The notes under the pieces are model-generated. The model was not told where the DNA came from, ran no database searches, and saw nothing but the letters and a program-made list of their open reading frames with translations. A program made the translations under genes and the position numbers. Shown in pieces: positions 55,801 to 64,000 of a DNA stretch of 64,000 bases. Source of the DNA: Paraspadella gotoi (lineage: Eukaryota > Animalia > Chaetognatha); the NCBI GenBank assembly GCA_051294375.1, contig CM119264.1:4921070-4985069 (forward strand). The letters run 5' to 3'. Each line of letters starts with the position of its first letter. The stretch's first letter is position 1.

Positions 55801-58068
55801 CCCATGCTATCGGAATCTTCCCCGCGAGCATCCCCTCAGCTTTCGATCTCGTCCGCCATCTCCCGCATCTTCGTGTCCTTTGGATCTTCGTTGCGATGCG
55901 GTTTTGTTCTTGATGTTCTTGCGCGCGGTTGGCGTAGCGCAGCGTCGAGAGGTCTCGTCAAAGTTGTCCGCCGCCGGAGAGACGGCGCAGATCATGAGGG
56001 TCTTGGTGTTGCCACCGAGAGAGCCTTGGGGGGGGGGGAGAAGGGTAAAGGGGGGAGTTAGATGACCGAAACGGAAAAATCTCAAAGATGAATGACGAGA
56101 AAGAAATTCGCCCTATTCTTGTCCGGAATAGAATTCGATCACTTTTTATTTAGTCAGATTTGTCAATTTTGGATTTGATGTTTTAGTTGCATCAATTTTA
56201 CTTATTCAATTCTACATTATTTATGACCTAAAATGTTAAAATCGTAAAATCCGTGGTAGGATTTTTTTTTCTTAAAATGAAATGGGTGGCTTTTAATGGA
56301 CAAAGAACGGTCAATGAATAAAGTAAACATTAGGTACCGGGATCGATCCCCAATGGCCTCTACCCTACGGGGAGCGTCAGGAGTCAGGACGGCCCCGAAA
56401 CCGCCTTGGGACCACGAAAAACTCAAAAGACTGGTGTCAAGCCCAGGACCCGTTCCATGGCTTTCGGAGGGACAGAGAAGATACGAATATTTTTATTTAA
56501 TTTTGCCAACTTTGTTCCTTTTTAGATAAATAACAAACCAAATGTTCTTCATAAAAGCCATAGCTTCTGTTATCGCTGCTTTAAATTTATTTCTAAATTT
56601 TTTTAAAGCATTATTGTTATTATCAATTAAAAAAACGTCAAATAATTTAATACAATCAAATCTGTATGAGTATAAAACGTACACCACGCCGCTTTCTTAA
56701 ACAAGTGGGTTCAAGTACTACAGGTACTGCACCTCATTATTACCGAAAACACGCCCAAGAATAAGATATACGTTAAGTTATCAGCAAAATAAATAATCAC
56801 TATTATCCTCCATCAATGACCTGCAACAGCCTCGTCAGCTTCGAATCTCTGTAAGGAATGTGCTTCCCCTTGCCAGCGGCGGCCAAGGCGGAGATGACGT
56901 TCCCCAGCGCCGAGAGAGATAGATTGATCTTCGTCGCTTCCTTTAATCGATCCCCCGTCGCACCGGATTTCGTTTGACGCTCGGATCCCGCGAGATCGAC
57001 CAGGTTCAACATGGCCGCGCGTGCGCCTGACCCGCCCTGTCTGGGGCGAACAAGGGCGCTCCTATGAGTAGATTTATCATTTTTCGCAGAAATGTACGAA
57101 ATAATAATAATAATAATACAAAAAAACAACCAAGAAGTAGCAATTGGTATTGATCACTATAATTATCATTGTCCTGTTTCGAACTTTTTTACTCACCCAA
57201 TATCGCTTTTGACCCTTATATTTGCTGTTTTTATTTCTTTCTTTTCGTTGCGTTAGTGAATAAACGAAAGGGTTTTTTTTTTATAATCAACAACTGATAT
57301 TTGCGCTGAAGAAGATTTGCACCAAAGTCGAAACATATCCATTATTAAATAAAAATAGTTGTTAACTAAAAAGTACCCTTTCGTTTATACTCTTATATTT
57401 ATAAACTAATAAACTTTCTCGCTCTCGATCAATCTTGTTCCTTTGTTTAGTTAGAATATTTCAAAACTTTTTCACAGCGACATCTGTCACTTTTATTTAA
57501 AATTAGTCAACAATAGAACCTTTTTGCGTAACAGATTTTGCATTAATTTACTGCTTCAACAAATATTTTTCAATCACCGCTTTTGGTCGACGTGTATGAT
57601 GAAGATGCTGTGGCTTCTCGAGCTGTCGGCGTTCATGAGCGTCGCTCCGACGGCGCGATTGTTGAGTCCTTTGTCCATCAACTTCTCGCACTCTTCGGGA
57701 GTCTTGACCCCGTGGTCAGAGAGATCCTGCGGAGACGAGGGAAACCACATTGATGAAAAGGGCAACCACAACGATTGACAACACAACATTACAGCAACGA
57801 CACCAGTGATATTCACAAGAACGAATAGGACATCCAATACAACGACGACGATATCGACAAAAGACGACAACGACCACAACGACGACTACAACGTCGACCA
57901 CAACGACGACGACCACGAAGACCACAACGGACGAAATTGCAAAACGACTGAGAAATTTACAAAGACGAGGGCACCCATGACGACAATGTCGACATTTAAA
58001 AGGACAACAACCACGATAACCACTCTGAAGTTGTCTACCAAGACGAGGACATGCACCTCGAAAAGCAG

Positions 58069-58103
<35 letters not shown>

Positions 58104-59502
58104 ACAACCCACCGCAATGACGACGCCCTTCTTGGGATCTTCCTTCAACTCGAGCTTCTGCTTGAGGTCTCCGCCGAGGAGGTCGTTGATTTCCTCGTTG
58201 TAGATCTGATGGGGAAGGGTGAGAAAGATTTCTAACGAGGTAAGTTTGAGTCGTGTCAAGGTAAGCGTAATCTTCATCTCCTCGATCTTCTTTGTCAGAG
58301 TGATCCTCGTCATCATCCTCGTCATCATTGTCCTCGCTGTCGTCATCGTTGAAGTCGTGATTACGCTCATCATTTCTCGTTCTGTCTTCATCGTCGTCGA
58401 CATATCGTCGTCATCGTCGTCGACATATCGTCGTCATCGTCGTCGACATATCGTCGTCATCGTCGTCGTCTTCGACCTGCACGTAAGAGACGTGGATGAA
58501 GTATCTCGTCCCGGACGAATCGGTCATCGCCCGATCGAAGATGTGTTCGAAGGCGCGAGGGATGACGCCTGGGGAAAGGAAAGGGAATTTTTACATTTTG
58601 AGGTGATGTATTTCACAAACAAGGCTTCCTCCCTTATTTCCCTTCCTACCACTTCCTCCCTCCCTCCCTCATATCCCCTCTTTCCCCTCCCTCCCTCATT
58701 TCCCCTTCTCCCCCTCCCTCCCTCCTCGCCTCTATGTTCCTCCGGCGACTTCAAGCCTCCCATTGTGAAGGACTTTCCGCATCCCGTTTGTCCGTAGGCG
58801 AAGAAGGTGGCGTTGAAGCCGTCGAGGACGGCCTCGACGATGGGGAAGCAGAGCTTGGAGTAGATCGTCGAGGTGTTCGAGTCTTGGCCGAATACTCCGT
58901 CATAGGTGAAGGCCTGGAGACGTTGTGGTTGTTGTTGTTTATGCTGCCAATTATTTGCAACTCCAATGTTTACTGAGTTTGACTATTGTCATTGTGTGGC
59001 AGTATATTCACACCGCCTCACATCTACCGTCGTTCTGCCAATCCCACTGGCTCAGAAGGGGGAACAGCCCATCCCAGTCGTTGTGTTTCATCCACAGTCC
59101 TAACGATTTCCCTCTCCGTTGGCAAAGCGATACCGTCTAAGGGTAACCGCGCCAGTGGCTGGAGGCGTCACCCAGGGTCGGAATCCCCCAAAACCAACAG
59201 TGAGTTGCCCCATCCCAATGGGCATCTCGGCTGTTGCCTTAATTGCGCTCGAAGTTCTAAATGTCATTTTTAATTCAATCCAACGTATCGACAATGTAAC
59301 GTGCCTACTGGAGGTGGCAACTCAGAGTCTACAATCCCCTTTTCCCTTACCCTACTTTGCCGGGTTTCTTGAGATCGGCCGGATCCAAAATCTCGACTCT
59401 TCCTTCTTTCTCGAAAATCGTGAGAATGTCTTTGCTCTTGAGGTCTTTCTCTCTTTGATTCATGGGCCGCTTTCGAACGATGACTTGAACAGCTTCCGAC
59501 AT
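52703..59502 (-). CDS. KIF17: Kinesin-2 homodimeric motor KIF17/OSM-3-like; 3' end not resolved; indels in one exon
   Basis: [101 protein letters not shown]. The tail DDLQAEFEQ...ETIRQ...[17 protein letters not shown] is typical of KIF17/OSM-3. Confidence 0.85.
53213..53695. repeat. 3 x ~160-bp intronic tandem repeat
   Basis: TCATTATCATCGTCGTCATCATAATC...GCAACGAGAAAAC...ACAATAACAAA repeated three times. Confidence 0.9.
53742..54232 (-). repeat. 5 x ~96-bp tandem copies of a kinesin acceptor plus exon
   Basis: TTTCAG acceptors at about 54200, 54102, 54005, 53910 and 53815, each followed by [17 protein letters not shown]-coding sequence. Confidence 0.9.
57303..57342 (+). ncRNA. Degenerate hammerhead ribozyme motif
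   Basis: CTGAAGA-A-GATTT-gcacc-AAAGTC-GAAA-CAT-ATC; stem III has a C-A mismatch. Confidence 0.5.
58993..59240. repeat. Dispersed repeat family D, copy 1 (kinesin intron 1)
   Basis: TGTGGCAGTATATTCACACCGCCTCAC...AGGGTAACCGCGCCAGT, homologous to 62376-62590. Confidence 0.85.
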
Positions 59503-60036
59503 TGTCGCCGATAATCTTCCGAAAAAAAAAGTCACGAAAAATCTGGAAAAACCTAAAACTTTCGATTCGTGACAGAGTTAGTAAAGATTTTTCTAGACTC
59601 TAGAAATCTAGATACCGATTGTAGATTATGCAAGTATGACATCGTTATGTCAATTTAGAGACAAAAAATAATCTGACAACCTTGCTGACCAACTTTTGTA
59701 GAGCTTTATTTTTTTTTGGTCCCCCCCAAAATGTACGGAAATTGTAAAATAACGACGTTCTTTATTAAACGAATACATATGAATGTACAAATTTACAATT
59801 CATAATGCCATGAAATTTAAAAAAATGTAATAAAGCAGCAATGTAAAAAAAATAATATAGTTTTTTGTTAAGTTGACGAGAAAACGTCTACCCTAATTTA
59901 GTAACGATATAAATATGAACATCCCATGTCGACGGATAAACAAACAAAAGATCAGGACGAAAAAAACAATAAAGTCACGAAAAATAAGAAACGAATTTAG
60001 TCAAATAATGTGGAGGAAAAAAATATCAAATCTCTC

Positions 60037-63000
60037 TCAGTGATATGTAGCGACAGGTTTCATGCAGATGAATTTGGCGTTGTATCTCTTGCAGGGTTTG
60101 GGCACCCACTCTTTGGCTTTCCTCACCAAGGCGCACCTTTGCCCGGCGAATGGCTCCTCCCCTTGTGGCGGCAACCCCGTGCCCAGAGTCGGAATCTGCC
60201 CCCGACGCGCCCGCATCTGCCGACGCCGCTTCCTGCCGCCGCTGCTCCGCCGCCCCACGACGTGGCCTGACCGCAGATTACGCAGCAGCCCCCGCCGCAG
60301 CCGCTGCGTCCACCGCGTGAAGGCGACGGGTCCGCCGCCCACGTACTCCCATTCGCGACCACCGCCCCTCGCGTTAAGCCCGATCCAAAATGGCCGCCCA
60401 CGCGCCAACCGCCAGAGCCACTTGTGATGCTCTCGGCCAAAGACGGAAGCGATGGAGGCGGAATGGGCGTCGCGACAATGACGCTGAGCGCCATCCCACG
60501 TGCGTCGAAGAGCGACGGGAAGGAAGCAGAAACCGTTGTAGACTTTCCAACCGCGTTTGCATCCTGGACGAGGTCGACGAAGAGGCCGGGCGACGCGAAA
60601 TAGGCCGCCGCCACCCACGCCGCCGCCGCCACCGCCGCCGCCACGCCTACGAGTTCGCCACCACCTCTAACCCCCGCCTCTCGATCCACCCTCGGCCACC
60701 CAACGACCCCGACGGCACGTGTACAGTCGATGCTCGCCCCCGCTGTCCGGGATGTACTGCAGCAGCCCTTCAGTCGCACCCGTGCACGCCTTAAAATCCT
60801 CCGGTCGCAGCCGCGGCAGGCTGGCGATTTCCGGACGAGTTTCCGGACGCGTCGCCGGATGCGGACCGCTGAAGACATTGGCCGGATCGTCGATCGGCTC
60901 CGGAAAAGGAAGATCGACGCCCGAAGAGGCGGCGCTCTTGGCGCCGCCGGCGTCGTAATCGGGGAAGACGGTCGGCAGGAACGCGGAGACGGCGGTCGGC
61001 AGCTGCGCTGAGGCGGGGGTGTCGACGGATTCTTTGTGCGTCGTTTTCCGCCACACCTTTTCCTTGTTAGCTTTTCCTCCTCCTCCTCTTCTTCCTCCTC
61101 CTCCTTTCCCAGAATTGACATTTCTCGTATTAGACATTTCCTTGTTGCTCAGAAATGTTAGAGACAGTTTATCGTCGTTGACATCGCCCGCCTCCCTTCC
61201 TCCTCCTCCTCCTCCTCCTCCTCCTCCCCCACGTATCTTTTCCGCGGTCATCGCCCCCTCGCAGGTTCCGTTTCGAGAGTCCAAAGTCGTAACCTCGAGG
61301 CGTCTCTGGGTGCCGAGGACGGCGTTGATTGGCCGACGAAGCGTCAGCCTCGTCTTCCTCGCGACGTCAAGCGAGGGGATTCTCAAATCGAAGACGCGAA
61401 GAGATTCGCCGACGTCGAAGCGAATTCGTCGGCGGGGGGAGGGGGAGGTGAGAAGGGTTGGGGAGAAGGTGGGCGAGGGTAAGGCCTAGAAGGAGAGGGA
61501 AAAAAGGTGAGTCGGAGAGAAGCGAATTAATTCAGGTTTTTGAAAAAAAAAACTAACTTTGAACTAAATTAACATTTATTTAAAGTAAAGAAGATCGGTT
61601 CATCCAATGGGTTGCGACGCAGTGACTTTATAGAGCTGCTCCGGAAGAACTCGCGGCGTAACAATAAAATGATATATTTCTGTTGCATTTTCTCAACCGT
61701 ACGTCATTGTTTGACGACTGATAACAAAGTAATGTTTTTTCGTTTTGTTTTTTAAACAAAAAAAAAAACCAACAAAACAAACAAAAGTTTGAGAATTATC
61801 GCAACACAATTACAAAATCTATCAATAATACATAATACATAATTAATTAGTAAGACATATATTTTCCGCTGCCACCTATTTCTAATCTAAATTCATCTTC
61901 TCTTTACTAGTTAAATGTTTAAAGTCTTCAACCACAAAAAAAAAGTTTAAAAAAAAGGAAGAAAAAGAAAGAGAGAAATCGTGATTGAAAACTCGAGGCG
62001 CTGCTCGTATTTCTCTCGTGAAACAGGGGAATGGCGGGAACGAGCGGCGATAAGGATTATCTCTTTTACCGAGGAGGTAATTCAGCGCCATCGAAGGCAG
62101 GCGTTGTTGTTGTTGTTGTTGTCGTCGTTGTGAAATCTATGGCCGACCAGGTCGTCGTCTCCATTGACAACAAATCAACGACGACGAGAACGACGACGAC
62201 GACGACGACGACCCTTTAACGTCAAAACGCATAAACAGTGCATAGACCGAGAATCAAAATTTCTAGGTCAAAAGACTCATTCTCTGTCAATAGAAAAATC
62301 AAGAAAACTAGACACCATAATAAATGTTAAGATGTGAACACTAAACTTTACGCCAATAAACAACTAAGAAATATATTGTGGCGGTATATTCACACCGCCT
62401 CACGTCCACCATCGTTCAGCCAATACCATTTTCTCAGAGGGGGAACACACCATCCCAGGCGTTGTGTTCCATCTACAGTCCTAACGTTGGCAAAGCGAGA
62501 TCGTCCTAGGGTAACCGCGCCAGTCACTGAATGTCGGAAGCCCTCAAGGCCAACAATGAAATGCATCATAGGCAACCCGGATTTTGCCATAATATCTTCA
62601 AATCGATGCAATTTCTCCGGAAAAATGAGAGTATGAGATAAGCTTCTATTTAAATCCGTTTTTACCGATTGAATCGGCAACAACAACAACGACAACAATA
62701 TTTCTTTTCTTTTCTCCGACGTTGCCTCCTTCCATTTCTGTCAAGACGTCCGCCCGACAATATGGGCGACGACATCTACAACAACGACTCTCTCTCACTC
62801 TCTCTCACCTCTATAGGCTCCACCTCCACCTCCACCTCGGCCCAAGATGACGTCACGTCACCCACGCGTCGCTCGATTTCCACCGGAAATGACGTCATCG
62901 CGTCGCAGACGAAAATCGCGGGAGACGGGAAATTCAGCGTCGACCAGAAAAAGCGGACGGTGCGAGTCTGGAGATGGGGGGGGGGGAAAGAGAGATAAGA

Positions 63001-63762
63001 GTCGTCATGATGTGATGAAGTGATAATACATCGAAATGAAAAAGTTAATAATCTCTTTGTGACGCAAACTGCAGAGCTTCTCTCCAACATTTCTATTCAC
63101 ACGCATTCAGCTATCACTGTCTTAATCGATTTCTATTCCTCTCTGCCTGTCGCCTTCTACCTCTCACGTCTTTTTAAGCTTACCTTCCAACCACTTTCCT
63201 CAAACCCCACTCCCCCTAAACCACTCATCTGTGTCACCGCTTGCCCTATAACCGGTCTCCAACCACTCACCTCAATCCCCGCTTCCCCTTCCAACAATCA
63301 GCTACTCACCTTAATCGCCTGTTCGCTCTTCCAACTGCTGCAACTCAATCCCGAACTTCCCTTCCAATCACTTCACCTCAGATTTGCCACTTCCACTCTT
63401 CCAACCACTCATCTAATCCTCGCTTCCTCCTCCAAAAACTCACCTCAAATCTCCACTTCCGCTTCAACAACATCACCTTAATTCTCCTGCTTCGCGCCTT
63501 CCAACCTCTCACGCTCACCAATTCCAGCTTCCCCTTCAAACCGACTCACCATTAATCCCTGCTTCCCTTCCAACGCACTGCACCTCTATCCCCGCTTCCC
63601 CTTCCAACCACTCACCTCAATCCCCGCTTCCGCTCCAACAACTCCAACACTCAGCTCCAACTCGTCCTCGTTTCCATCGAGATCGGATTTCAAGACGAAG
63701 ACGATTTCTCCGTCGTTGACTTCCGCTTGAGTGAAGGAGGAAACTTCGCCTCGCGTGGAAAT
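60037..63762 (-). CDS. FREM1: 3' end of a FREM1-like ECM protein (CSPG repeat, Calx-beta, C-type lectin)
   Basis: Exon 63762-63616 (SFTQAEVNDGEIVFV), exon 62967-62809 (WSTLNF...FVCD), exon from 61486 (IRFDVGE...PINAVLG), and a terminal lectin CKRGW...WDGAQRHC...FWIGLN...CALV...W...C...FIC. Confidence 0.75.
62376..62590. repeat. Dispersed repeat family D, copy 2 (FREM1-like intron)
   Basis: Homologous to 58993-59240; starts TGTGGCGGT-ATATTCAC-ACCGCC (hairpin). Confidence 0.85.
63183..63633 (-). repeat. About 13 degenerate 32-35-bp units containing a 5' splice site
   Basis: Minus-strand consensus GCGGGGATTGAG|GTGAGTGGTTGGAAGGGGAA; the first unit is the real exon end and donor at 63616/63615. 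Confidence 0.75.
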
Positions 63763-64000
63763 CTGACGAGGGAACATTGTAAAAATGTGGAGCTGAATAA
63801 GTGGGTGATCTCTCTCTCTCTCTTTCTGTCTCACCTGTCCCTCTCTCTCTGGCTCTCACTCAAAAAATTATAATATCGCTTTCATTAGGAAAAACAGTTT
63901 TGTTTGACAACGATTTTATTTGACACAATTTGTCAAACAAAACTGTTTTTCCTAATACCTCAAAAACAACGAAAAGAGAGTATATACATAATATCGCTTT

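Noticed and set aside
55775-56030. Kinesin pseudogene or programmed frameshifting
   Set aside because: Several single-base indels cluster in one exon and nearby repeats while the other motor exons are intact. This fits consensus error better; read polishing would decide.
57716-58797. Low-complexity V/C/T-rich ORFs within the kinesin
   Set aside because: They derive from (ACG/ACA)n-rich intron sequence between well-defined exons.

Overview
AT-rich animal genomic DNA with short spliceosomal introns, probably from an ecdysozoan (inferred from a CHH/ITP-type neuropeptide and a tropomyosin ending in SGY). All recognised genes are on the minus strand except PPT2. From right to left: 3' end of a FREM1-like gene, a KIF17/OSM-3 kinesin, a CHH/ITP-like neuropeptide precursor missed by the ORF track, a divergent tropomyosin, an SLC4 bicarbonate transporter, XPO1, and a tight six-gene head-to-tail cluster (MIPOL1-like, AKR, PRPF4, SSNA1, RBMX2, PCID2). 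PPT2 appears nested antisense in a PCID2 intron. Highlights: (1) the six-gene cluster has stop-to-start gaps of only 122-246 nt, each with a pyrimidine-rich AG acceptor, suggesting a trans-spliced operon; (2) three Penelope-type minimal hammerhead ribozyme motifs lie in introns; (3) three tandem arrays are built from duplicated splice sites; (4) a hidden CHH/ITP neuropeptide gene; (5) GC-AG introns, CCAAT boxes phased at 32-33 bp, and several MITE/Helentron-like repeat families. Gene models were read by eye, and the sequence around 53-56 kb looks error-prone.
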